Shown here: positions 39,773-53,099 of the stretch, one piece after another
Position numbering within the stretch: position 1 is the stretch's first letter
How the letters are laid out: each line of letters begins with the position of its first letter
From: Camelus dromedarius
Taxonomy: Eukaryota
NCBI RefSeq assembly: GCF_036321535.1
Contig: NC_087437.1
Location: forward strand, 84,694,001-84,758,000
DNA: 64,000 bases
Direction of reading: 5' to 3'
Notes under the pieces: generated by a model
Told to the model about the DNA's origin: nothing
The model's input: the letters and a program-made list of their open reading frames with translations, nothing else
Databases searched by the model: none
Position numbers and translations under genes: made by a program

Positions 39773-41739
39773 TGTTTTGTAAAAATTGTGAATTACTATA
39801 TTGGGCACCTTCAACATATAATATTGCACAGATAATATACTTCAATAAAATAGGATTTTTATAATAATGAAGTTACTTTATAAATTGACAGAATGCCTAG
39901 CAATAACCTACCCTGTCAAAATTTGGCTACAATGTTATAATAGTAAGAAGAAGTAAGAAATTCACAAAAGACATGAACGTAGATTCAAAGAAATAAATCC
40001 TCAAGGAGGAAAAATATGTTGTGTCTCAGTTAAGCCAGTAATAAAGTTGATAAGAAAAAAATAACTGACATAAATTTAAGAGTAATTTTTGATCGACTAT
40101 CTGCTGTCAGGAGAAGGAGATCCACTCCAAAATTATTTACTCTATCATTTCATAATTCAAAACAACATTAAATTCAGCATATGAATTTTAAAAGATGGGT
40201 GATGGGGTATTGTTAGCTAGCTATGACTACTCCAGCCAGAGTAGTGAGACTGACAATACACTTTTAAAATTAATAAGGCAAAAATAACCAGGTTTATTTG
40301 GAATCCTTTGCAAAAGGTAAAATAAACACAACTCACTGAATAGTGGAATTAAAGAAGGGAGAAAAGTTAATAAATTTATATCTGCCTTGTTTTTCCAAAT
40401 GTAATAGATAGGGTGTGAAAACAATACAAATTTACTGCACTTAATGAAAGTTTTCTACTAAGAATGAATCAATAGAATGATTTTGATTTTAGTGAAAGGG
40501 TGGAAGAGCTTAACAAAGGCAAAAATAACTCAAGGGGAGAAAACTCATATAAATGACATTTTGAAAAACTGCAGGTAACTGACAATAAAATCCGAGATAC
40601 TCAATATGTTACTTGTCAATAGGTTCAATAGTTTCCTATATACACACTTCCCCTGCTGATCTTAAATGAAGCAGTTCAGCATTAAAGGATAAAGCTAATG
40701 AGCAAATGGAATTTATATGATAGACTGTGTCTAATTGAATGTACCGACAGCTGTCCATGTGTAGTTCATTTGGAATGTAGTCATGGTTACACTGCGCTTT
40801 CATTATGTTTATAGTTGTCTTTGAATGTACGATGAGATTTCTCTGTTCTAAAACTTTATATTATGCATTAATTTGGGTTATCTACTAAATACCTTTGTTT
40901 TTATATATTGCATATTTTAAACTCTAAATTGCAATATAAATTATTATATACTGGTATCTAAACATTTACTTAGATCGGGATGGGTTAGTCAATGAAAAAT
41001 ATTAAAGACCATGTCAATTTTTTTCTGTTAATGTGGTATGTTATGATCTGTATTATACTGATGTGGTTTTTTCCAATTAGGAAACTTCATTACATAGTTA
41101 TGATTACATAACTACACAACTATGTGTTATTACATAATTAAATTGATGTCATTTTTCATTATTTTGTTTCTACTCTTAAGTTGTCATTTCAAGAAATGTA
41201 ATCAGAAACTCTTGCAAAATATATGTTCAAAATTGATCTTCAATATTGTTATTTATCACATTTCTTATGAGATGTAGTAATGTATTTTAAAAAGTTAATT
41301 GTTCAAAAGATAGCAAAATTATATCATATGTGAATTGGAAAAAATGACAACTATTATATCTTCATAGTGGTATGCCATTTCCCAGTAGGTTATCAATTTA
41401 ATTTATGATTTTTCTCTTGTCTGGAGTTTTTACCACAATCCCTTATTTTGTTTGCTGAAATTTTCTCTTATGCATATGTATACCCTGTACATTACACATG
41501 ATACAAAGCTCTAACCTGTAACTATACAAAACTCTTCATTTATCTCTCAGTCAGTAAGCCATTGATTGGATTTTCAGGTTAATTCCACTGGGCTTAATTT
41601 TCTGGTTCATTATTGCTAGTTCCTGTGAACTCTTTAAAGATAATTACCCTCACTGTTCTACACAATGGTCCTATGACCCTGATTATATTTATTGCCTTCT
41701 TCCTAATAAATGTGCATGGGTATTTAAAATAGAAGCTTT

Positions 41740-41871
41740 GGGGGTTGGGGAATAGCTTAATAATAGAGCCTATGCTTAGCACGCAGGAAGTCTTGGGTTC
41801 AATCCCCAGCATCTCCATTTAAAAATAAAATAAGATGAATAAAACAAAACAAAATGAAATGTAATAAAATT
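41740..41871 (+). mobile_element. tRNA-derived SINE, camelid Vic-1-like
   Basis: gggg...aatagcttaataatagag (degenerate A box), tatgcttagcacgcaggaagtcttgggttcaatccccagcatctcc (B box), A-rich tail; TSD aaat(a/g)gaagcttt at 41727-41739 and 41872-41884. Confidence 0.85.
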
Positions 41872-42814
41872 AAATGGAAGCTTTCTTCTGCTTCTCCTTA
41901 CATTTCTCTATGACTTCTTTCCAATAATTCCCAGTGGTTATGTAAGGTAGCAGTTTCTGGACATTTCTGGACATTACACATTTAAATCTGTAAAGTTGGA
42001 AAACTCAGGTTACTGTTTGAATAACCACTCAAGTTTACTATATAGCACTGTTCCAGAGTTTCCTGTATTAAATGTTACTAACCAGTGCCATAGTGTAGCA
42101 GGTTCACAACGAATTTCAGAAGTATACATGTATGTTTTCAATATTAGCAGTTTGAAACTCTGATAATCATAAATCTAATATAATAATAATGACTTCCTAT
42201 AATTCACTATTCAGTTGTTGATTCAGTTCCAGTGGTAAACCTAGTGAAAATACTGGATTTAACTATTTCCAATCTGTGTTTGCATGTCTGTGTGAGTGTG
42301 TGTACTTTTGAGCACATGCATATATTCACAGCTAGCAATTATGTTGTGGATATATGTTCAGCATATACACATGTGCTAATGTTAATAGCCTGATCATTTG
42401 TAAAAGGATCTTTTATATGATCAGTGAAAGGAGGGATTTTAGATATGTCCTACTTGAAAATTAATAAATATTTGTTGAATTAATGCTTTGCTACACTGAT
42501 AAAATAGTGACTACACTATATTTATGACTTTAGATATGTGTCCCTTCTGACTGCCTCAAAACTAAAGTTAACAAGAGAAAAGAAATCCACTATTTATATC
42601 CAGTTTTGAACTCTGGAGTTTAGTAGGTTTTCAAAATCACAGATAAAATTATTTAACCTATAATATATCTTTTAATTTTCTATAATAACTGAAATATACT
42701 TCCATAGAATAGAGAAAGAAAAATGAATTTATCAATTTATTGAGTACAAATTTTATCTCTGATTTTCCCTAAAACTCTAGGGACCCACAGGGTTTTTACT
42801 TTCAATATAGTTAT

Positions 42815-43560
42815 TTTTTTAATTATATGTAGTGAAATGCACACATTATAATTGTGTACTTTGGTGAGTTTTGATGAGGAAGAGTTTGGTGTATAGTCAA
42901 GATAAAGAATTTTTTATCACCCTAGAAAATTTCCTCATGCCCTTTATTTTTAGTAAATAGTCCCCATATAAATGCAAGGGTTTTTTTCTAATTTTTTATG
43001 ATAAATTAGCTTTTCCCATTATAGAATTCACATAACTGGAATAATACAGTAGGTAGACTTCTGTGTCTGGTTTCTTTCCTTAAAGAATCCATAAGGTATC
43101 ATGGACATAAAAGTAAATAATTCCTTTGCTAAGCAGTATTTCATTTAATTAATATATGACATTTTATTTATTCATTCCTCTCTTCATGAGCATTTTAGTT
43201 GTTTTCTCATTTGCCCTGTTATAAATAAAGCTGCTGTAATCATTATGGTACAAGCCTTTTATGGATACATGTTTTAATTTACTGTGGTAAATATTTAGGC
43301 ATACAACTGTTTGGTTATAGAGTAGGTCTGTGCTTATCTATGAGACATTTCCAACATTTGTCCAAAGTGGTTGTAACATTTTACACTATCACCAGTAATA
43401 TAAGAAAGTTCTTGATGTTCCATATCCTTGCAAACATGAGGTCTGATTAGTCTTTCTAATTTTAGCCATTCAAGGAAGTATAGCAGAATCTCACTGGGAT
43501 TTTAATGATAGTTAATGATACTAAACGCTTGTTCTCAAAGACTGTATGTAACATTGGCAT
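42815..43560 (-). mobile_element. Old L1M (MB/ME-like) 3' end, target of a younger L1
   Basis: gtgaaatgcacacatt; aaataaagctgctgtaatcatt; tccaaagtggttgtaacattttacact; ttttagccattc. Confidence 0.75.
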
Positions 43561-43570
43561 TATTTCTTTT

Positions 43571-45742
43571 CTTTTATATATATATATTTTTTATTGAACT
43601 ATACTCAGTTATAATCTGTCAATTTCTGGTGTACAGTATAATGTTTTGTCATATATTTATATATATATTCATTTTCATATTCATTTTCATTATAAGTTAT
43701 TACATGATATTTGAATATAGTTCCCTGTGCTATACAGAAGAAATTTGTTTTTTATCTATTTTATATATATTTGTTAGTATCTGAAAATCTCAAACTCCCA
43801 ATTTATCCATTCCCACCCCCTTTCCCACCCCTCCCCCTGGTAACCATAAGTTTGTTTTCTATGTCTGTGAGTATGTTTCTGTTTTGTAGATAAGTTTATT
43901 AGTGTCTTCTTTTTTCTTTTCTTTTCTTTTCTTTTTAGATTCCACATATGAGTGACATCATATTATATTTTTCTGTCTTTTTCTGGCTGACCGCACTTTG
44001 AATGACAATCTCCAAGACCATCCATGTTACAGCAAATAGCATTATTTTATTCTTTTTTAAGGCTGAGTAGTATTCCATTGTATAAATATACCATAGCTTC
44101 TTTATCCAGTCATCTATTGGTGGACCTTTAGGTTGTTTCCATGTCTTGGCTATTGTATACACTGCTGCTATAAAAACTGGGGGGTGCATGCATTTTTTTG
44201 AATTTGAGCTCCCTCCAGATAAATGCCCAGGAGTGGGATTGCTGGATCATATGGTGAAACTATTTTTAATTTTTTGAAGAATCTCCATACTGTTTTCCAT
44301 TATGGCTGCACCAGACTGAATTCCCACCAACAGGGAAGAAGGATTCCCTTTTCTCCACACCCTCTTCAGCATTTATCATTTGTGGACTTTTGAATCATGG
44401 CCATTCTGACTGGTGTGAGGTGCTACCTCATGGTAGTTTTAATTTGCATTTCTCTGATAATTAGTGATATTGAGCATTTTTTTTTTCATGTGCCTACTGG
44501 CCATTCATATGTCTTCTTTGGAGAATTGCTTGTTTAGGTCTTCTGCCCATTTTTGGATAGGGTTTTTTTTTTTGTTATTGAGTTGTACGAAGTGTTTATA
44601 TATTCTGGAAATTAGACCTTTGTCAGTTGCATCATTTGCAAATATTTTCTCCCATTCTGTAGGCTGTCATTTGTTTTGCTTATGGTTTCCTTTGCTGTGC
44701 AAAATCTTATAGTTTATTTAGCTTATGGGTTATTATTTAACCCTTTTGTTTATTTTTGCTTTTATTGACTGACCTAGGGGAACATTGCTAATATTTATGT
44801 CTGAAAGTGTTTTGCCTATGTTTTCTTCTAGGAGATTTATAGTGTCTTGTCTTATATTTAAGTCTTTAAACCATTTTGAGGTTTTTATTTTTGTGTATGA
44901 TGTGAAGGAGTATTCTAACTTCATTGATTTACATGTGGCTGTCCAGTTTTCCCAATATCATTTGCTGAAGAGACTGTCTTTTCTCCACTGTATATTCTTG
45001 CCTCCTTTGTCAAAGATTAATTGATTTAAGACTGTGGGTATATTTCTGGGCTCTCTATTCTGTTCCATTGATCCATATGTCTGTTTTTGTGCCAATACCA
45101 CACTGCTTTGATTACAATAGCTCAGTAGTATTGTCTGAAGTCTGGGAGGGTTATGCCTCTAGCTTTGTTCTTTTTCTTCAGTATTGTTTTGGCAATTCTG
45201 AGCCCTTTGTGATTCCATATAAATTTTAGAATTATTTGTTCTAGTTCTGTGAAAAATGTCCTGGGTAATTTGATATGGATAGCATTAAATCTGTAAATTG
45301 CTTTGGGTTTATGGCCATTTTAATGATATTTATTTTTCCAATCCAAGAGCATGAGATATCTTTCCATTTCTTTAAGTCATCTTTATTTCCTTAATCAATG
45401 TTTTGTAGTTATCTGCATATAAGTCTTTCCCCTCCTTGGTCAGATTTATTCCTAAGTGTTGTTTTTTGTTTGGTTTTTTTTTTTTTTTTTGATGTAATTT
45501 TAGAAAGGATTGTTATTTTTACTTTCCTTTTCTGCTATTTCATTGTTAGTATAAAGAAATGCCACTGATTTCTGTATTTTAATCTTGTATCCTTGTTCGT
45601 TGCTGAATTCTTTTATCAGTTCTAGTAGTTTTCATGTGAGCTTTTAGGGTTTTCTACACATAGTATCTTCCATATATAGTGACAATTATACCTCTTCTCT
45701 TCCAATTTGGATCCCTTTTATTTCTCTTTCTTGCCTGATGGC
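43571..45742 (-). mobile_element. 5'-truncated L1 (about 2.2 kb; RT C-terminal half to 3' UTR)
   Basis: ORFs 43935-44189 (FIAAVYTIAKTWKQPK...WYIYTMEYYSA) and 44733-44924 (SKWFKDLNIRQDTINLLEENIGK); candidate TSD tatttctttt at 43561-43570 and 45743-45752. Confidence 0.95.
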
Positions 45743-45752
45743 TATTTCTTTT

Positions 45753-48700
45753 TTATATGCTGATGCAATTCCTGAGTAAAATTATCTGGCTTATTTTATT
45801 CAGTTGTATGTGTGTAAGTGTGTGAATCTTTTCTTAAAATACAGCCTGTATCATAATTAAGGGTTATTTAAGTTTTCTATTTTATATTATGTCCCTTTTG
45901 GTAAGTTAAGCTTTTCAAATAATTTGTCAATTTCTTAAATATTTTCAAATCTATTGGTGAGTAGTTTTTCATTATTTTTCTTTATTAACATTTAACTTCT
46001 ATATAGTCCATATTTTCTCCTTTTTCTTATATTGGCATTGTGTTTTTGTAAGTTTTCATCCTTAATAAGTACTGCTTGATTTTATTGGTTTTAATTATAT
46101 TTTCAAAAAAGCAAGTTCTGGGCTTATTTTATTTTTAAAATAACTTTATTGAGATCTTTGACATAGAGAAATTGTACACATTTTAGGTATACAACTAATG
46201 CTTTTGTGTATATGTATACATTGTGAAAGGATCACCACAGTCTATCTAAGTAATCCATCACCTCTACATAGTTACCCCTCTTTGTGTGTGTGTGTGTGCA
46301 CATGTGTGTTGAGAAGATTTAAGATCTATTCCCTTAGAAAATTTCAAATATACATCACTATGATAGTAACCATACTGTACGTTAGGTCTCCTAAAATTAT
46401 TTATCCCATATATCTGAAATTGGGTACCCTTTGCCCAACATTTCTCCATTTCTCCATACCCCAACCACTATACTACCATCTAATTTTATGAGCTTGACTT
46501 TTTTAGATTCCACATATAAAAGAGTTCATGCAGTGTTTGTCCTTCTGTGCCTGACATTCCACTTAACATGATTTCTATTTTATTTTCTGTTTCACTGTTT
46601 CTCTTCTTGTCTGTACTATTTCCTTTCTAAAATTAATTCTTCTTTTATTTTATTCTTCATTATTTTTTCCTAAGGCGAGAATGCATATCACTGATTACTC
46701 TTAAAATTTCATGTGCAAATTTATCTCCAAGCACCATTTTAACTTCTGTACAACATTTTGATTGGTTGTAGCTTCATAATCGCTCGGTTTAAAAAATCTC
46801 CTAATTTCTCTTGTGAGTATTTCTTTGGCCAGTTTTTTACTGTGTGCTGTAACATTTTCACATTTTTTAAACATAACTTTGAGCTTTTCTAATTAGTTCA
46901 TAATTATTGTTTATAAGTTTAATTATTTTGTGAGCAGAGTAACCTCCTTAATATTTTAATCTTCTCAAATTGATTAATATGTTTCATGGGCCAAAATAAT
47001 ATTTATCTTCTTAATATTCCCTGTATAGTTGAAAAGAATTCTACAGTTGTTGGTTGTAGAACAAATATCAATTAGGTCAATGTGGCCAATGAAATTACAC
47101 TGTGTGTATAATTTTACTGATGTTTTATAGCTAATTTTCTATCAACTATTGATAGAAATTTCCAAAATTTCCAAGTGTGATTGTGGGTTTGTCAAGTCCT
47201 CTACTTATTTCTATTTTTCCTTCAAGTATTTGTACATAAATTAAATATATTGCTATAAAAGTTATACATAACAAAATAAAATATTCCCCTTTGTGGCCCC
47301 TACTGAATCCAGGCCACAAAGTGTTGTTTTGCTTTTTCTATAATTTTATAAAAATGGAATGATAGAGTATGTGTATTCTTTTTACACTTAGTGTGAGTGT
47401 ATGTGTGTATATATATATATATATATTTATGTGTGTGATAATTTAATTAATTAATGATGTTGTCATCAGCATGACATTCCTCATACCACATACCATAATT
47501 TGTTTTTCCATTATCAATTTTTGGATATTTGGAATTCCCTAGTTTGGGCTACTATGAGTTCAGCTAGTATAAACAATGGTGTGCAACTCTTTTTGTAGGA
47601 GTACATTTTTTTTCTATTTGGTAAACACCTAACAGTATAATTATATATCAATATAACAATGTAAGGGGATAATTCACATTATAAAGGCTATTAAATGATT
47701 TTCTAAAATGATTATGCCATTTTAATCCTCAAAAGTGTTGTGTTAAGAGTTCCAGTTGCTTCACATACTGGCCAACATTTGGCATTTTCAGCCTTCTAAA
47801 ATTTTGGCCATTCTAGTAGGTGTATGTTAGTACTTCATGTAGATTTAATCTTCATTTCTGTGGTGACTAGAGGTGAGAATTGTTACACATATTTGGACCA
47901 TTTTAATATCTCCTTCTGTAAATGTTTTAAATATATTGCCCATTTAATTGGTTTGTCATCTTACATTGAGGAGTAAAGGTTATTTACACATTATTTATAT
48001 TTATATTATGTTATATGAATATGATGTAGTTGTATTATAATTATGTTATATTTATATAGATTCACATTATTATATATTCACAATGTTATATATTAATATA
48101 TTTAGTGCTTATGTTTATATTCATATTCATTTATTATAAAAGCCCTGATTTTGTTCCATATTTTCTTCTCAAGTTTTATAGCTTATTTAGCCTTTCCTAT
48201 GAGTTAATTTTTATTAAAAGTGAAGTTAGGGTTGAAATTCACTTTTTGCCCAAATAAATGTTTGATTGCATCCTGTATTTTAAAGCTCTGTTATTAGCAG
48301 AACACATTTATTACTGTAAAATCATTTTGTTGAACACTTTTTGATAATTAAATGTTCTTTGTTACCTCCAATAATACTGCTTGTCTTGAACTTTCCTAGC
48401 CTGATTTTAACTTTCAAAATTTGTGTTCTTGTACCATAAATTTATATTTAGTAGACATTTCTTAATAAGGTCTTATTTTTAAATTCCTTTCAATAATCTC
48501 TGCATTTAATTGGAGTCAATTTATAGTCAATATAATTAATAATGAGATTGGATTTATCTATTCTTTTACTATTTTTCCTCCCAATCTGACATCATCTTTT
48601 TGTCTTTTCCCTAGTTTCATGTGCTTATTTTTATTAATCACAACTTTTTTCAGTATTTTGTTGTTAACTGTATTTTCTTAATTATATTTTAGCTGTTTAT

Positions 48701-49230
48701 TATTTCAATATGATAGTGTTTGAACTAGGATTTAGACTATGTCTCATTAAATTATTTGCAGTGTACTTAGTGTTAATATTATTCTACTTCATATAAAATG
48801 TGAAAAAATTGCAATGGTTTAGTTTTATTCATCTACTTCAGTCTTTTGTGGTGTCATTGCCATATATTACATCTATATACAGTATAAATGTTCAAGTACT
48901 GTTATAATTTTTATTTTAAAGGGTTACATGTTCTTTAAAACAATGAGAAGATAAATGAGCAGTCATATCTACTCTCAAATTTTTCGTTTTTCTTCTTCAT
49001 TACTTCCTGTAGATTTTAATTTCCATCTTTTTGTCATTTCTCTTTAGAATAAGAATATGATGTAGTATGTTTTTGCAGTGTAGATGTACCAGCAGTGTAT
49101 TCTTTCAGTTTTATTTAAGTGAAATTTTCTTTAGTTTGCCTTCCTTTTTGAAGGATACATCAAATGTATATAAAACTACGAGGTAACAGATTTCTCATGT
49201 TACAGCTTTGAAATGAATTCATCATAAGAC
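45753..49230 (-). mobile_element. Mosaic of old L1M fragments (ORF2 and upstream parts)
   Basis: ttgaaaagaattctacagttgttggttgtaga; ctatcaactattgataga; aagctctgttattag; tttgccttcctttttgaagga. Confidence 0.65.
46130..46570 (-). mobile_element. L1MA8/9-like 3' end nested in older L1
   Basis: ctttattgag...tgtatacattgtgaaaggatcaccaca...ttaagatctattcccttag...ttagattccacatataa. Confidence 0.8.
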
Positions 49231-49329
49231 GGAAAAAGGAAAATCTTTCCATATTCTTTCTAGTAAAATTCTCTAGAATGAATGCATGTAATATATATGG
49301 AAACACTAGTATTTTTTAAACTCCTTATA

Positions 49330-49770
49330 TACTTCCCCTCCTTCAATCCTCTTTTGAACCTAATCCCAATCACGATTTAATCCTTATCAATTCATTTTAA
49401 AAATTGTCTGTGTCCACAGTAGAAAACTGCTTGTTGTTCTTGACCTCTCAGTAGAATTTGAAACAGTTGTTCACTTTTTTTTTTTGAAAAATATTTCTTC
49501 ATATAGATTCTGAAACACTGTGCTATGCTTGTTTGCTCAGTACTTCAATAACTCCTACTTTAACCCACTGTTGGTGAATCTTCCACTTCTCCTACTTTTA
49601 ATTTTTTATTCTTAGATCTTCTTCCTAAGATTGGAATGACCCAAGATCTAAGGTTTGGTCTTTTCTTTTCTCTCTGAAGAAGTCTGTACTCACCACTTAG
49701 ATGACCTTGATTTTTTTTCCTTACTGCTTTTGTTTTCATAAATCTAGAATACAGTACAAATAGCAGACTA
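49330..49770 (+). mobile_element. L2 fragment
   Basis: cttgacctctcagtagaatttgaaacagttgttcact; ttggaatgacccaagatc are L2 ORF2 motifs. Confidence 0.6.
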
Positions 49771-49776
49771 CTTTCT

Positions 49777-50296
49777 TGTATTAGTTTCCTATTTCTGTGC
49801 AACAAGTTATCAAAATACTTAATGGCTTAGACAACACTCATTTATTATCTCACAATTTTTGAAGTTTAGAACTCCAGAATTGCCTTAACTGGCTTGCTCA
49901 GGGTCTGACAAGGCTGAAGTCAATGTGCCAACAGGGATGCGTTTTCATTTGGATATTCAACTAGGGAATTATCGACTTCCAGTCACATTCAGGTTGTTGG
50001 CAGAATTCATTTTCTCATGGTTGTAGAACTCATGGTGGCTAGATCCTTCAAGTCCAGTTAACCATGTTTCTCTTTTAAGGTTTTCACTTGATTTAAGTCA
50101 TGCCCATCCAGGATTACTCATTTTTGACTAGCTCAGATTGAGTGGACTTGAATCCTGAATTACATCTGTAAAATTCCTTTTCTTTTTTTTGCTGTGTTCT
50201 ATTGACCAGAATAGCCACATGTTCCACCCACACTCAAGTTGAGGTGGACTATATAGGGCATAACACCAGTGTACAGAGATAAAAATCTGCCTAGCT
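49777..50296 (-). mobile_element. MaLR solo LTR (MLT1E/F/G-like)
   Basis: tgtattagtttcctatt...aatggcttagacaacactcatttattatctcaca...cattcaggttgttggcagaattcattttc...cccacactcaag. Confidence 0.8.
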
Positions 50297-50988
50297 TATT
50301 GTTCAATAAATAACTTTTAAAAGGGAATGAGTGAAGGTGGGAAAAGCAGTTACTGTATTATAATGGGCTTATTTACTATACTATTGATCCTTAGATTTAT
50401 ATTATGGTATTTTCAAGTTTTTTTAAAAGTAAGAAGTAGAAAATAACAGTATCATATTCATATTTCAGAAAATTATTGTGATAGCATTGTGTAATTGGTG
50501 GTAGAAAATCCGCATATTTTGAGGTAATATTGCCCAGTGAGTAATGAGGATCAGAATGAAGTAAAAGTTAAAGGGTAAGAAAAAACTAAGACAAATATTT
50601 GATGAAAAAATCTTGATAGCTAACTGAATGTGGAGATAAAGAGCCTTCAGGGAAATTCTGTTTCATAGCATTAACAATTGAAATATTGTTTATATTTTGT
50701 CAAAAATGATTATATTAAGCAAAGTTTAGTCCAAAGTTCAGGATCCTGAAAAGTTCTCCATAATTGTTTTAGAACAATTTTTCTAAACACTGCTGTAGCA
50801 TTAAAAACCAATTTGTTTAGCATATAGTATTGATACAATGAAATATTGTTTACTCTTACTTTTCTGACCTTGGTACTCAGCATAAATATTTTAATAATCA
50901 CATGCTATTATGTGTATTAATAATTTATTTATTTTTAATGTTGAGTAATAGTCTATCATATGAATTATTCACAATTTATTATTCACAT

Positions 50989-52662
50989 TTTTCTTTAGTT
51001 GAAGTATAGTCAGTTTACAATGTTGTGTCAATTTCTGGTGTACAGCATAATGTTTCTGTCATACATATACAGACATATATTCCATTTCATATTCTTTTTT
51101 ATTATAGTTTACTATCAGATATTGAATATAGTTCTCTGCACTTTACAGTCTAACTTTGTTATTTATCTGTTTTATATACATCAATTAGTATCTGCAAATC
51201 TCGAACTCCCAATATGTCCCTTCTCACCCCTTTCCCTACAGTAACCATAAGTTTGTTTTCATGTCTGTGAGTCTGTTTCAGTTTTATAAATTTGTTCATT
51301 TGTGTCTTTTTTTTTTTATTCCACATATAAGTGATATTATATGGTATTTTTCTTTCTCTTTCTGGCATACTTCATTTAGAATGCTGATATCCAGGTCCAT
51401 CCATGTTACAGCAAATAGCATTATTTTATTCTTTTTTATGACTGAGTAGTATTCCATTGTATATATACATTACAACTTCTCTATCCAGTCATCTGTCAGT
51501 GGACATTTAAATTGATTTCATGTGGTGGGTATTATAAATAGTGCTGCTATGAACATTGGGGTGCATGTTATCTTATCAAATTAGAGTTCCTTCTGGATAT
51601 ATGCCCAAGAGTGGGATTGCTGGTTCATATGGGAAGTCTATTTTTAGTTTTCTAAAGAATCTTCATACTTTTTTCCATAACAGCAGCACCAAAGTATATT
51701 CCTACCAACAGTGTGGGAGGGTTCCCTTTTCTTCATACCCTCTCTAGCATTTATCATTTGTGGACTCTTTGATGCTGGCCATTCTAACTAGTGTGAGATG
51801 ACACCTCATTGCAGTTTTAATCTGTATTTCTCTGATAATTAGTGATATTGAGCATTTTTTCATGTGCCTATTGGCCATTTGTATGTCTTCTTTAGAGAAT
51901 TGCTTATTTAGGTCTTCTGCCCATTTTTTAATTGGGTTTTTTTGGTTGTTGTTGTTATTAAGTTGTATGAGCTGTTTTTATATTCTGGAAATTAAACTTT
52001 TGTTAAATATTTTTCAAATATTTTCTTCCATTTCATAGGTTGTCTTTTTGTTTTGCTTATGATTTCCTTTGCTGTGCAAAAACTTGTAAGTTTAATTAGG
52101 TCCCATTTATTTTTGCTTTTATTTCTATTGCCTTGTTAGACTACACTAGGAGAAGAGTGCTATAATTTATATCAGATAATGTTTGCCTATATTCTCTTCT
52201 AGGAGGTTTATGGTGTCTTATGTTTAAGCCTTTAAGCTTTTTTTTTTTTTTTTTTTTTACTTTTTCACACAGCCTTAAGTGGCTATTTTGAGCTTATTTT
52301 GTGTACTGTGTGAGAGAGTATTCTAATTTCATTGATTTACATGCCACTGTCGTTTTCCCAACACTACTTGCTGAAGAGACTGTCTTTTCTCCATTGTTAT
52401 TTCCTCCTTTGTCAAAGAGTAATTGACTGTAGGCGTGTGAGTTTATTTCTGGTCTTTCTATTCTGATCCATTGATCCGTATGTATTTTTTTGGTCAGTAC
52501 CACACTGTTTTCATTACTGTAGCTTTGTAATATTGTCTGAAGTCTGGGAGGGTTATTTCTCAAGCTTTGTTCTTTTTCTTCAGTATTTCCTTGGCAATTT
52601 GGGGTCATTTGTGATTCCATATAAATTTTAGAATTATTTGTTCTAGTTCTGTTAAAAATGTC
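50989..52662 (-). mobile_element. L1 3' (non-inverted) segment of a 5'-inverted insertion
   Basis: ttgaagtatagtcagtttacaatgttgtg 3' end, nearly identical in structure to the L1s at 8338 and 43571; ORF2 motifs (DQWIRIERPEINSHAYSQLLFDKG). Confidence 0.93.
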
Positions 52663-53076
52663 ACTATACATGGATGACATGTTAGTATAAATAGTAAACC
52701 CCAAGGACTCCACACAAAAACTATAAGAAATGAAGACAGAATTCAGCAAGGTAGCAGGGCACATTAACATAGAGAAATCTGTTTCTTTACACTAACAATA
52801 AAATATTAAAAAAGGAATGTTAAAAAAATAAAAACAATCCCTTTTAAAATCACACCAAAAATAAAACAAAATAAAATAATTAGGAATAAGCCTGACCAAG
52901 GAGGTGAAAGACTTATACATGGAGAACTATAAAACATTGATTAAGGGAATTAAAGATGATTTAAAGAAATGAAAAGTTATCCTATGCTCTTGAATTGGAA
53001 AAATTAATATTGTTAAAATGGAATATTCCTCAAAGCAATCTACAAATTTAATGTTAAATCCTATCAAATTACCCAG
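52659..53076 (+). mobile_element. Inverted 5' segment of the same L1 (RT core)
   Basis: + strand reads SLYMDDMLV*IVNPKDSTQKL (L1 SLFADDMILYIENPKDS) and ends aaattacccag, the L1 position adjacent to where the minus segment stops. Confidence 0.9.
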
Positions 53077-53099
53077 AAGATATTTTGTTGTACTTTTTT

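Noticed and set aside
41740..41816. tRNA gene
   Set aside because: Degenerate A box, no proper cloverleaf, and an A-rich tail with TSD: it is a SINE.
52294..52770. 158-aa ORF as a novel chimeric protein
   Set aside because: Incidental frame crossing the L1 inversion junction; mostly off-frame or antisense L1 sequence with no evidence of expression.
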